Positions 7,465-20,100 of a stretch of 64,000 nt of DNA are shown one piece after another. Under the pieces are notes generated by a model. The model saw only the letters and a program-made list of their open reading frames with translations, was not told the DNA's origin and did no database searches. The position numbers and the translations under genes are program-made. Origin of the DNA: a virus; IMG/VR virus record IMGVR_UViG_3300034103_001027, positions 1-64,000 of that record. One strand, 5' to 3'. How positions within the stretch are numbered: position 1 is the first letter of the stretch; every line of letters begins with the position of its first letter.

Positions 7465-8030
7465 AGGGTCCCGCGCTATTGATTCTTACTGTTTCTTTAT
7501 GTTTCTTGTTGATTCTTAGCTAAGTCTGCGCGGACCGGCAGCTTTACATCCCTAAGTGAGATAAGGGTATTCCGATTCTGGGATCGTATTGAATCAGTGA
7601 TCAGCCTTGTGATACTTCTGAGCTGAGAATCAAATCTCACTTGAGGTCGAGGGTCACTGCTAAGTGTTGCCCTCACATTATTGTGCTCTTTAGTATCTTT
7701 GCATCATTGCGCCGGGGACAATGACTCATCCAAGGTTCATGCGCTAGTCTGATTCGATCCAGGAGCTCAACCCCGAAAACCGTAATTCCCAACACGGTAG
7801 GATCATTTGAATCAGGCATGTCACACTAACTGACACTGGCCGGTGCTCCTCATGGGCCGCCAATTTAACGAGCTTGAAACAAGGAGGTTTCCTTGAATCA
7901 CCCTTATTTGTGTCAGAGACTCAACTTTCAACTATTAGTCCAGCTAGACTTCGCTGGTTTCTGGGTGCAACCAGTCCATTAAGAACCAATCACAACACAC
8001 CACGCAACCGCTTATCGGGTTGCCATATAT
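7465..8030 (-). ncRNA. candidate large structured ncRNA (~570 nt)
   Basis: No credible ORF. Many nested helices, G-U pairs that favour the minus strand, and a long-range pairing of 7561-7572 with 7895-7907. Boundaries are approximate. Confidence 0.65.
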
Positions 8031-8034
8031 GGCA
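8020..8034. promoter_or_regulatory. palindrome (T)TGCCATATATGGCA
   Basis: Full palindromic form of the recurrent TATATGGCAAG motif, located at the 5' end of the candidate ncRNA. Confidence 0.55.
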
Positions 8035-8096
8035 TGCATCTCGTCATATAGCACATTCCGAAAGACTCTGCAACTAAAAGTTCCAAAAATCTGAAA

Positions 8097-8115
8097 TTTT
8101 GACATCGTGTCAAAA
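8097..8115. repeat. palindrome TTTTGACA-TCG-TGTCAAAA
   Basis: Exact inverted copy of 7175-7193. Confidence 0.85.
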
Positions 8116-8139
8116 AACCACCTAACCGGAGGGTAGCAT

Positions 8140-11100
8140 TCACTCAGATGGAGTAGATGCGGCAGCCTTAAGGTTCTCTAGTTGCGCTTTCTTTTTATTC
8201 TCTCGAGACTCTTTTTTTATCTCGTTGACCATTTGCTGCAAAAGCTCCATTCTGCGCCTTTCAGCTTCACTCATGCGTTGCTTTTGCCACTCTGGTACGT
8301 AAGTGATACCCATCTCTCGGGCCCCGAGGTCTTTCATTTCCTCGTTGACTCGATTCATGATGATTCGATTCTTGGCTTCTTCGTTGACGGTGTTGACCTT
8401 GAAGCCTGTGGCGAGATTTAGGAGCTTATCCACAGCGGATTTCCGGTCATCGAATGCCTGATTGACCGAGGAGACCAGTCGAGACGTCGGTAGCTTTCCA
8501 GCCAGGACTTCGAGGCTCTGGGACCCCGCAATAGGCTCTGAGAGTCCCTTTCCGGATTGTCCTATCAGGTTATCGCGCAGGCGACCTAACTGCGGGTCCA
8601 TGTCCCTGAAGTCTCGGCCAAAGAAGGCCGAGCGCCCGAAGGCTAGTTCAGCGAATCCTTGGGCTTCTGGTCTGAGTTTCGAGAACAGCGAGGATGCTGT
8701 TCCTTGTACGTCCCCGTGCATGAAGCTCATTAGCTCAATTGGATCCTCCCACGCGAGGCCGAAACCACTGAGATAACGATCTTCACCACCGGGTCCTTGA
8801 GGCAAGGGGATGGCTACGCCTTTTCGGATATGTTCTGGGATGGCGGCTTCTCGGTCCTGGAGTCTATTGGTTCCTCGGATCACCCAAGCCTGCTTCCCGG
8901 CAGGATTTGTGATCAGGTCTCCTAAGGTGAGTTTAAGTGCCTTAGAGGTGAACGTATAGAACGGGATGAGTTGCTTCATATAACGGCGTTCAAAGTCACT
9001 TAAATTCGAGTAGTCAAACTGAATCATATTGACTCTTTTTGCCGCTTCTTCAGGCGTTACGCCTTGCTTGAGGAAGGCGATGTACGGCATGATACGGTTG
9101 GCGTTTTCGACGAACAGGCTCATCTCTTCACCGATCCGGCCAGCGACGAACGTGGTATCCTCTGTTCTTTGTAGGCCCAACTTGCGACGGCCTTCGCCAG
9201 GGGCCTTTTGGAACGAAGGGGTCAATGAGCCTTGTATACCAATGGGGTTTGCTTTGCCCTTAGCTGAGGTTGTCTTGTCGAATATGGCGGGTTTTAGGCC
9301 GTACCAGTTTTCTGCGTTACGTTTGATTGCTCCAGGGTTCTGGCTGACTAGGCTCGAGACGGTGTCGCCGATTTTCTCAGCGGCCTGCCCTTGCTTGTCG
9401 CCGGTTAGGCCAAACCGGAAGACTCCCTGTCGAACCCAGTCAGTGACCAGTTCATCCCCCTCCGGGGTGCCAATCATTTCGTCTGGAATGTTTAGGTCGT
9501 CATCCCATAGGAATCTAGGAATCTCCTTTGAAATCCCCTTAGCGACATTTCCATTGCTGATGGAGACGGCCTGCCTTAATGGCTTGATATGACCCAATAC
9601 GGGACTGTAGATCCCTCCGATTGTTGCTGTTGGGTCATAAGCGCCGTAGAACACGTTCTGCATCATGCCAGAGATGAAGTTCCTACTATGGAAGGATGGG
9701 AATGGCAGCGTAACTAAGGATTTGAATGTGTTCAGTGCAGCGCCAGAGATCTGTACTAAGGTGCTGATCTGAGGTGGCGTGGTCCATGTTCTCAGGAAGT
9801 GCGTAGCTGACTCGTGGATTTCCTTGGGAACGGAGAGCTTGATCTTGTCAGCGTAAATTTTGGATAGGTGCTTAGCTTCGATGAATTCGTCGAGAGTCTT
9901 AAAGTCCTGTGGCTTCTTCGTGTGTTTGTAAGTGTAGCCAGTGATTTTTCCGTTTGCGTCTCGGTTGACTGACAGCTTTTTGTCTTTGATTAGCTTCTTG
10001 ATCTTTTCATCGACGAACTGCTTGTATCCAGGGAAGTTATCTGTGCCGCGCAGGACGTTTAGGTAGGCGTTGTGGTTGTCTAGGGCTGTCGCCTGGAATA
10101 GGCTTGAGACTAGGTATTTTTGTTCGCCCTTGTATGTAGCTGAGCGAGTGACTAGGTCTTGGACCGTAAGTCCGACGGCATTCTTTGTGTGGTGAGATTC
10201 AGCGTAGGCCGCGAAGTCTCGCAAGAAGTTGTGACCAAACATCGGGACGCCCTCGGTGATATGGTCCTCGGGGAGCTTGGCTATCGATGTTATGAGGCGA
10301 TTGACCTTGGCTTTGCCTTTTTTAGTTAGCTTCCCGTCTTTGTAGAATCCGTGAATAGGGTCTGAAGACAGGATGTTGTGTAGTCCGTATTTTGCGATGG
10401 CGTGCTTGCGGGCTGCAGTGAGGGTTTCTTTGCTCAGTTTGTTCTTGAGAATTTCCTCCTTGTGCGCGATGCCGCTCAGCTTTGGATCCAATGACATCTC
10501 GTTAATCAGCGCGCGCCCTCCTGGTATATGCCGGTACGCCTCGTCTCGCTGCCTTTGAGAGTCCATCTTGGTGCTCATTAGAGCCTCACCATCAGTTCTA
10601 GACCTAAGATGCTTTCCAGGTTCTGTGTAGTTTCTGGGGTAGTATGGCACTTCAGTATCGAATAGTGCGGATCCGCTTAAGCCGTTCTTGCGCTGTTCAT
10701 CCAGCATTCTCGGAAAGGCGTCTTTGAGGCTTTGCAGCATTGTCTCTAGTTTATCTAGATCAATATCTGTGTCTTTGAATACCTCTGGCGATAGGTGATA
10801 TAGCTTCTCTGGTTTTGCTTCAAAGAATCTAATGATCTCGTTGTTCCGCGCGTTGATGATTGCCTTAGCTTTAGTGAGTGCTTCCTCGCGCGGGAGCTTG
10901 GCGTTGTCAATCAGGTTCGTAGCGATGGCCTTCAGGTCGAACAGTTGAGTCTCCCCGATGTACCGGCTGATTGGGTACAGCATTGCGCGAAACTCATAAA
11001 TGGATTGCTCGAATGCTTGGAATCGCAGTCTAGCTAGTTCCTGCGTGTCGTGATCGTAAGCGCCCATGACTGAGCGGTCGAATAACTGCAGGAACATCTT

Positions 11101-14100
11101 TGCTCCAGGTGTGGCGTAGAATAGATTCTCACCTGCGTCGAGAGCCTGCAGGACAGTCGTGATGATGCTGTCACCCTTAACGTGCTCGTAGATTTCATTC
11201 CAAATGGGTCGCGCCAGCTTGTGTGATATTTTGGCGGCTTGAGTTTCAGCAGCGGATCGAGTCTGATTGACAATGAACATCTTTCCGTTAGCGCCGAGAG
11301 TAGCTCTTTCGATGAGTTTATTCCATATCGCATTAAACTGCTCGAGGCCGATTCTGTTTTTATCGAAGAGTTTGGAGGCAAGATGTGCCGACGCGAGTGC
11401 CATTTCATAATCTTGGCTGTTGCTTCTGTTTAGAAGGGCACTGTTTGGGTCGTCGAGCATCTTCTTATTAAGAAGTGTATCCAGGACCAATTTCTCGTTG
11501 GTGGATAATGATCCTTGGAATTCATCGCCCAGCATGTATTCAGCTAGATTGCGTGCGCTGATTGAGTGCTCAAGTGTCTCATCTACTGCGCTCACAGATA
11601 TCATGTCAACGCCTGGGGTCTCTATTCCCTTGGCAAAATCCTTACGCGCTGCGTCTCGGATTGTTTGCATGATGGTCTCTATATGGCGGTTGCCTTTATC
11701 TGTGGCAAATTTATTTACCGTGTAGTCTGGATCTTTCTCAATCTTGTTCAGCAATTCTTGATACTCATCCCTGTCGGCTTGTTCGCTGAGGTATTTGAGG
11801 TTGTCTGGTGTATGCGATATCTTGACATTGACCATCGGCCCTTTATTGTTTTTTAAGAATCGATTCTTGATTAGCGTGTGGCCGATGTCGCGAAACTGCC
11901 CGTTCTTGTCGATGAACTCGTGGTTCTCGATCATTTTAATAACTTCAGGTTGGTCAATAAAATCACTTGCGCGACTAGCGTCATTGAATGCTGCGGATGT
12001 GGCAGCTTTTCTGACAGAGATCTGCATTCTTTTAAGTATCTCGTTCCTTGCTTGCTGGGCGAGCGACTCTAGGCTGTCCTTTGTGGCTTGGTCTATATTT
12101 TCTTCGGCAATAACCTGCCGGAACTTATTCATGCTAAGGAACAGTTCCTCTAAGGTTTTCTTATTGTCTTTTTGAGGTTCTGGGCCTATGGCTTTTTTGA
12201 TCAGCTTGTTGTATTCGTTTAAGCCATTGCTCCTGGAGTCCAGCTCTTCCTTTTGTGCGGAAGTTGGGTTCTTTCCAGTCTTCTTTTTTCTCAGTGAGAT
12301 CTTTCTTTGCAAGCTAGACAATTCTGATTCTGCTTGCGACTTTTGACTAATAAGATCTTGGGCTTGCGTGATCCTTTCGTTTAGCTCTGCGATCTCTCGC
12401 GTGTTGTCTTCTGCAGCATCACCCTTAAGCGACTTGCCTTTATCGCGCAATTGCTGCACTTGCTGCTTAAGCGCCTCAAGTCCGCGTTGCTCAGGAGTGG
12501 CATCTAGAGCCTCAAGGACCGCCTTGGCGTCTTGCAGCGACATGTCTCTGACGGCCTGTCCACCTTGATATTTGACTTCTTTTGCGGCTTCTTTTACTGT
12601 CTCTACAGGCGCTGCGGCTTTTGATATTTTAGCCTTGGCTTTTTTGCTTGTTTCTGTAGGTGACTTTAGATATCGTTTGATGATGTCGATATCAGTGTCG
12701 GTGATTGAGGCGTCTGCTTTTTTGAGTGCATCAATCGCTTCGTCGCTAAGCTCCGTCACGTCCTCAAGTTTTTGTGCTCCACGGATCGTGTCTAGGTTAT
12801 TCAGGATGATGCTGGACACCTTGTCTGCAGCGTGTTTCTTTGCCAACTTGTCAGGTCGCTTGGTTTTCATTGTTACCTGAAGCGCTTCATTGACTGCGCC
12901 AGCCAGTGACCCTAAGAAGTCCTTGTCACCTGTGATGCCAAGCTTGTTGCTTAATGTTTCAGTGATTCCGTGTACTTTGATGTACTTGTTGATGAATTGC
13001 TGGTCGAGATCCTGCAGTAGCTTGATAGCTTCTGGAATGTCTGCATCTGGAATGGATTCATTGATATTCTTGACTAAGTTAGTCATGAATTCTTGGTATT
13101 GTTCCGGAGTGCTTACGTTTGCCAGGTCAAAGCGCACCTGCTCCATATTGTCTCTTAGGTATGGCAGCTGATCTGCTTCGAATATCTCGATGCCTTCAGC
13201 TTCATCTGGGTCAAGAATCTGCTTGAGTCTCTTGGTTCTCTTGGCTGGATCTGCTGCTTGCTCTGCGACTTGTTCTGCAGTAGCCTTCTCTGCGGCAGTT
13301 TTCCTTTTGCGAAGTTCCACTGGACCGACTGGCATTTGCTTGGGGATGGCGGTAGTCGGTTCTTGGGTCTTCTTGGGTTTTCTGGTGTCTACGGATTTTG
13401 TGCCAGGTGTCTCTGTGATAACTCGCTTGCTGCTTTGGCTCCTTTGGGCCATACGGGACAGAATATTGTCTGCTGGCCTGTCGTCTATTGGATTTAGCGG
13501 CAGTTCCAACTGTCCTGGACTAGGCTTCAGCGCGGGAGGTTCTACGGGAGCGGCTGCTTCTTCGAGTGCATTGCGAGGCTTATTGCTTGTCGCGTAATCT
13601 TCGCCATCGAACAGTCCAAGCTGCCCTCTTCTCGGGGTGCCTTGAGCTGTATCTAGCAGTGTGTTTTTGTTTTGCGATAGCGGCTTTTTATTCTTGCCGA
13701 GCATCTCGTCGAATACCTGCTTCAGATCGTCATTGATCTTGGCATTTATCTCTGGGCTGACTTTAAGTGTCTTGTATACAGACCGCATCATTCTCTTGAT
13801 GACGGCAAAGACTTCCTTCAGTGCAGTTGTTGGCGCTGTGCCGTCTAGCATGTACTTTTCGAATAGCCGAGCCCACACTTCCTCAGCTTCGCGAGTCCAA
13901 TTGCCGTTTGCGTCTTTCAGTTCAGCAGACGCAATGCCACCGAGTATGTTCCTTAGTGTGTCAGCGTCTTTAAGCTGATGCCCAATGGCCTTGTCGGCCT
14001 TGGACATAAGGTCTTCGCTTAGATTCCTGCGGAATACGTGCGACAGTTCGTGAATAACAGTTGATGCATCACCTTCTCCGGTTAGTATCTTGATTGCTGC

Positions 14101-17100
14101 TTCGCCTGTTTCCTTGAATGAAACAACGCCCTTGCCCTTCTGCTCAAGTCGATCCAGTATCTTGATGTCTTTGTCGTCGAACACAACAAAGTTATAGTAG
14201 CCCTGCTTATTGCCTCCTCTTAGGAAGTTTTCTGGAACGGCATTGCCTTTGATGCCGACGCTATGGAGGTCCTTTGATGCTGCCTTCTTGGCTTGGAAGT
14301 CAGTTAGCTCGAATCCACGTGAGATAGACTCTACTATGCTTTTCGCCTTGTCTATTGGTACCCCGTGATCATTAAGGAGGAATGCTGCCGCATATGGATT
14401 CCCGTCATTAATGGCATGCTCGACGGAGTCAATGACTTCTTGCTTGGTTCTTAGCTTCAGATCGCCGCTGGCAAGATCATCTACGATTTGCTCCAAAATC
14501 TCTTCGTGTGTTTTCCCATAGTAGTATGCAGCACTTTTTTGCCCTTGCTCGCTGATGAAGTATCCCAACTTTACATTGTATTCCCCAGCCACTTTCTCTG
14601 AAGCCATCTCTTTGATATCATCCAAGCTTGGCGCTGAGTCGTATACCTTTAGGAGTGGCCCAGCTTGATCTTCGACAGCTTTCTTAACGGAGAAGTTCGA
14701 GGACTTCGAGGCGTGTTCTTGCCTCGCCTTCTGCATCAACTGCTCATAGATTTCCTGGCCTTTAAGGCCTTTGTATGGGTAGTCCTCATCTAGGATCTTT
14801 TTAGCTTCATCCAGCGAGTTTGCGTACGAGACAGGGGTGTTTTCATGCGGAATGTGGGCGTACCACTTATCTTTGACAATGCTTTCGATCCACTCTGTCG
14901 CTTCTTCTTTTGTTTGAAAATACTCATCAAAGTCGTCATCGAAGATGTTGAATATTTCTGCGTGAAATTTATCGCCACGCTTTGTTATAACTCCAGAAAG
15001 AGGATCTTCGCCAGTCCCGAACCACCACTCGTTAGGCTGTGTGCCATTAAGGTTTTCTAGTTGCTTTATTAGGTCATCTTCGCTGGAGGCTGCGTCTACG
15101 ATGACCTCTCCTTGCCTGCCTCCATTCATGACAACAGCGTACCACCCCGAGCCGTCCTTTCTGACTTCTAAGTCGCCATTTTCGATTGCCTCTCTAGATA
15201 TATATTTATCCAGCGAGTCGTCGCGCCACTCTTGATTGATCTTCCTGACGTAATGCCCATCAAATCTTTCTAGCCGCAGCTCTCTTGAGTTGTAGTGATT
15301 GTGCGGAGTTTCTTCCCACTGTGTCTCTGCTGAGATCCCTAGCTTCTTAAGCCCCTCTTGCACCTTAGGTGGCTGCTCGCTGAATGGCTTATCCCAGAAC
15401 ATAAGATCATCGTTGTCTGGTACTTCCAGCTTGTAGAGAGCGCCTTGTGTTCCTATTTGAATGTCACCATCTTTTAGGCTGTCAAGCGTCCTTAATGCTT
15501 CTCCGTAGTTGTGTTGAAATTTTGCTTCGGCGAGATCTCTTCCATACTTTTCGATTCTTCCTAAGAGTTCCCTCGCGGCCACATGTTGCTGGAGTGCCCA
15601 TAGATCCTCCGGGGTGATCATCTTTCTTCTGTCTATGGTCCTTGTTAGGTACTTGCGCTTTTTGATTTCTATCTCAATTGACTCATTGGTGAATACATTG
15701 GATAGTTTTTTTATCGCGTCCTCTACAGAAACAGCTCCTTCTCTCCAGTCGCTCTGGTTTTTAGGTACTTCGACTATTGGTTTTATTTCATCAAACACAA
15801 TGTCCATGAGTTTCACTGCATCATTCGGAATAGCCGCTATCCCTGGTGGGTGTCTTCTAGCTATCTTCTCGATGAGTTCAACTGCCTCTTTATTGTTGAC
15901 CCCCACCAATTTAAGATACTCTTTAGCGTCTACTTCGAACGCAGAGATAATTGGCTTGAGATCTAATAATGCCCTTATCTCTATAGCATCTACGCTACTT
16001 CGCTTCCTCGATAGGATATTTTCTTTGATTCGGTCGACGATTTCCGCTAGGCCGCTTTGGGATTTCTGTTTGCGAATGTCTTCTGCAACAGCCCTGATGA
16101 TATAGTGAGCTTGCGATATAGGTTTTCCTTTGTATGTATCCGGAGCACCATTACCAGCCAGAGCTTCCTTGTATCTCCTGCCCAGTCCCTCTCGCTGGGC
16201 TGAATAACCACCAAATCCATGCGCTTGACCTGCACCTTCAACACCTCTTCCTTCACCTGTGCTAACACGGCTCAAGTCAAATCGACCGAGCGGGAAGTTT
16301 TGGAGTGTCTCAGCACCTTCTGGAATAGCCTCTCCTGCTTCGAGATACCTCTCAGATCCATCTGGCATTCGAACAAGCATTTCTGGTGCGAATACGTGCG
16401 GAGTTCCGTGGTATGCTATTTGCAGTAATTCATTCACTGCACCATTTGCATCTCCAGCGATTCTAGAGGCAAAGCCAGCGGCTTCTTCCGGTGACATTGA
16501 CTCGATGGTAGTGAGTAATACTCTTTCATTGCCGCCAGCCTTAACGAATTCTCTGATCAATGGAACCATAGCATCAGCCGCATCTTTATTGACTGTCCTT
16601 TCGATGCTTTGATGCAATCGGTTCAGTTCGGTGTTATGCTTCGCGTTGTCGCTGAACTTCTTGGGTGGGTCGTTTTTTCTGGCTGTATCTAGCAGTAGAT
16701 TGCCAGTTGTTGCTTCTGGCTTCTTAGTGAACATGCCATCGAACAGGTTTTGCTTCTCATCGCTCCAATCGCGACTCAGTGGCGAGTTTTTGATTCTTTT
16801 GTATATGCCACTTATCCACTGCTTCATCTTGGCGAATATCGCCGTAAGGTCGCTTGTTGGAGCCTTGCCTGTTGCGAGGTACTTCTCGAAGTCTCGAGCA
16901 AAAGCCTCTTCTTGTTCTCTAGTCCACTTGCCGTCTTTGACTTTGTATATCTTCTCAGCTAAGTCTTGTAGGTCCTTGCGGAGTCGTCTGCGCGCAATGT
17001 GTCCTAGTTCGTGGGCAACTGTAGAGATGTTCGCGTTTTCGAATAGAAATACTTTCGCGAATGCATCAGGTTCGTTGAATCGAACTGCGCCACGGACTAG

Positions 17101-20100
17101 TTCCTTGCCTTTCGTTCCTGTTCGCTGATAGAGTTCTTGGCTTAGCTCTGGGTGTGCTATTTCCCACCCAGTAACAAACGGCGTGTCGTTATTTTTAATT
17201 AAAGTTAGTAGAGCCTTCCTTTGACTGATCGGAGTTCCTTTTATCTCTCGGTTTATCAGTCTCATTATTTTTTTATCGTCAAAGCTGCTCCATTCCTGTA
17301 TTTGAGACATTGGCCATTCTGATTTTAGCCACGCCTTGTGCGATTCGCTTCCGAAGAATATTTCTGCAGCGTCCCTAGATGATTGGCTTGCTGAGTTTGG
17401 AAGTTGCTTTTCTATGGTTCCTATCGCTTCTATGAATTCGTCTTCTTGCTTGAACCCAGCAGCAAAGTCCATTAATTCGGAAACGATTTTCATTGATCTA
17501 GGAGATCTGTCGTATCCGACTACTTTCGCTATGATATCGGAGATTCCTTCCCACATTCTTGCGATTAGATCTGCGATTCCTTGGTTTTGGAATGACGTTT
17601 TGTGGATCAGGTTGTCGGCGAATAATTGCGCAAACATTTCATCTACGCTGCTGGAGTAGTAGTCTGCGGCTGATGTTCCGTCTGGACGCTTCAGTCTTTC
17701 GTAGATATCTTTGAAGTATTTCTTTCCTTCTCCTGTCTGTGCAAATTGGGATATGATACTCCTGGATAGGTGTCTCATTTTTGAGTCCATGGAGTAATAT
17801 GCGATGTGCCCTAGTTCGTGCATTAATACAATTGCCCTTCTCTTGGACCGTGGGTTTAATTGTATCTTTTGCCCTCCGAGCATAGGTCGACCGTACTTAT
17901 CCAGTTCCATTATCGGGTACGCACTTGCCCAGCCAGCCATTTCCATGGAACTGTTTAGTTCGACTGCGGCGTTTGCGTGGAAGTGCTTGGCATCTTTGAA
18001 TGCTATTTCTAGGAAGTTTATTTCATCGCTGCTTAGGTAACCTTGTTTCTTGAGGTAGTCCAAGTGGTATCCGAACTTATCTCGGAATGCTGTTATCTGT
18101 TGTGGCGAGGCTTCTGCTTCAGATTGAAACAGGATATTCGGATTCGTGGCGTCGAACGTGCCTTTGTTTGCTGTGGCTGATTTGATTTGGGATGGCTCGA
18201 AGGCAACGATTTCGCTTTCGGCAAGTCGCTTGTTTTCTTTGCCAGCACTAGCAGCAACGCTCCTGTCGTATATCTCTCCGTCATATCCGGCATCCTCTAG
18301 TGCTCTTCGTCTTGCTACTGCGAAGTTGCGAGCGTACTCATCCACGTCTGCCTTGGCTGCCCTAGTTATCCTGTTTAATCTCTCTAGTTCTTCTAGCCCC
18401 TTACTAATAATGGATGGGTCGTTTGTTATTCCGTGTATAAATGGCTTCTTCAGGTTCAGGTAGACTGGAATAACTCCTCTCTTGTCGCCTACGCTAAACA
18501 TGGCATACTCTGAGGCTAGGTCCGAGCTTTTGGTGAAATAAGATCCAGCAGCAATGTAACCTTCGTCGTTAGCGCCAAAGGCTGCTGTATTGAATGCAGG
18601 TGTTTCACTTAGAGGCATTAAGTAGCCTCTGTATGTAGGCTGTGGCGGTATCGATGCAATCTCCTCATCTATCGCAAGCTTTAGTCTTTTAATGTCCTGG
18701 TGCTGGTCAAATAGTCGGATGTAAGCATCATGGCTTATCGCGTCACGAGAAGTCCCAGGGAAGTTCTGCCAGAACCTCATTGCTTCTTGCTTGTTATCTG
18801 CGACGTGTATTGCTCCGGCTATTCTGTCGGCAATGTATTTATTTTCGACCAACTCAGATACTTTAGCGAGGATATCTTGCTCGGCAGCTTCATCCGCTTT
18901 GTTTCTGTCTAATCGAAGTTGTTCTTTCCTCTTTTGATATGTGCTGTTCCACGCCTGATCGTCGGCTTTATATTGTTCAAGCTTACGGTTATGCGCGGCG
19001 GCCTCCTGCGTGCCTAGGTCAGAGAACCCTGTTCCATGATAAACAGCCAGTGGCTCTCCAGTATTGGGGTCCACGACCTTACTGGCATTAACTGGGTCAT
19101 TCTCCCAGTCTCCAAACCACTTTTTGAATGCTGGCGTCCTAACTTCAACCCACTGTCGGTAATTCAGGTTGGTCTTTCCGGCTGCTTTCGCTGCATTGTA
19201 GGCAGTCCTCCCGCCAATGCGTGATTCTGTGGCTGTAAACTCTGCGCTAGTAATCTCATCCTGATGTAAGATTCCTTGTAGTAAGTCGCCTTCCTCTTGG
19301 GTTTTCAGAAAATCTTCGTAGCTTGTGCTGGAGAACTCTGCACGCAGGTAGTCGTCTGGTTTTTGGTCTGCGGCATCCGCAAGAGCCCTTACGATTGCTT
19401 CGTAGTTGTCGGCTATTTCGTCTACATTTGCTTCGTTGCTGTATCGCTCCTTGATGGCCTTTCGTAGCGACTGCAGTGGTGTTTGCGTTTCAGTTGCTGC
19501 GTCCGCTGCTTTGGTGGTGTTTTTTAGCTTGGCTGATGCGATGTAATTTTGCGGGCTCTTCATCGCCTCTGCAAAACTTATATCCAGAGCCTTGCCTGTG
19601 GCTCTGCTGGAGAATGTTATATTCTCTTTGCCCAATAGGGAGCCTAGCGCCCCTAGTGCTGATTGGTTGGTGAAGTGACCAGAAATGGAGGTTGGGTTGT
19701 ATTGTGAGGACTTTTCGATGATTTCATTGAGCAGTGCCTTTCCAGATCCTTTCGGTGCATTGTCGTTTTTGCCGAATGCGTCGACGTAGATCGAGGATTC
19801 GTCTCCGGAGAACCTGAGCGTAGCTTCTGCGGATCCGGTTTCTTGTTGGACCTTTAGTCCGTATGAATCGTCGCCGTAATTGACCCACTCTCCTGCTGGC
19901 TGTGGTGTATCTTGCTTCTGTGGAATGTCCGGATTTGTCCGGATCGTGTCCGGATTAGTTGATACCGGATCTGGTATATTTTCAGACCTTGGCTTTCTGT
20001 ATTTCTCGGCGGACTTCTGGTACTCACGTTTCCAGTTATTCATCTTTGAAGGATTGCCCGCTCCACCAGTTGCCTCATCTGCGGCAGCCTTCTGCGGTTT

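Noticed and set aside
7912-7957. Plus-strand TCAGAGACT...TAGTCC resembling group I intron R and S elements
   Set aside because: Only about 15 nt separate the two elements, too few for P3 and P8. No interrupted gene flanks the region, and G-U pairs favour the minus strand.
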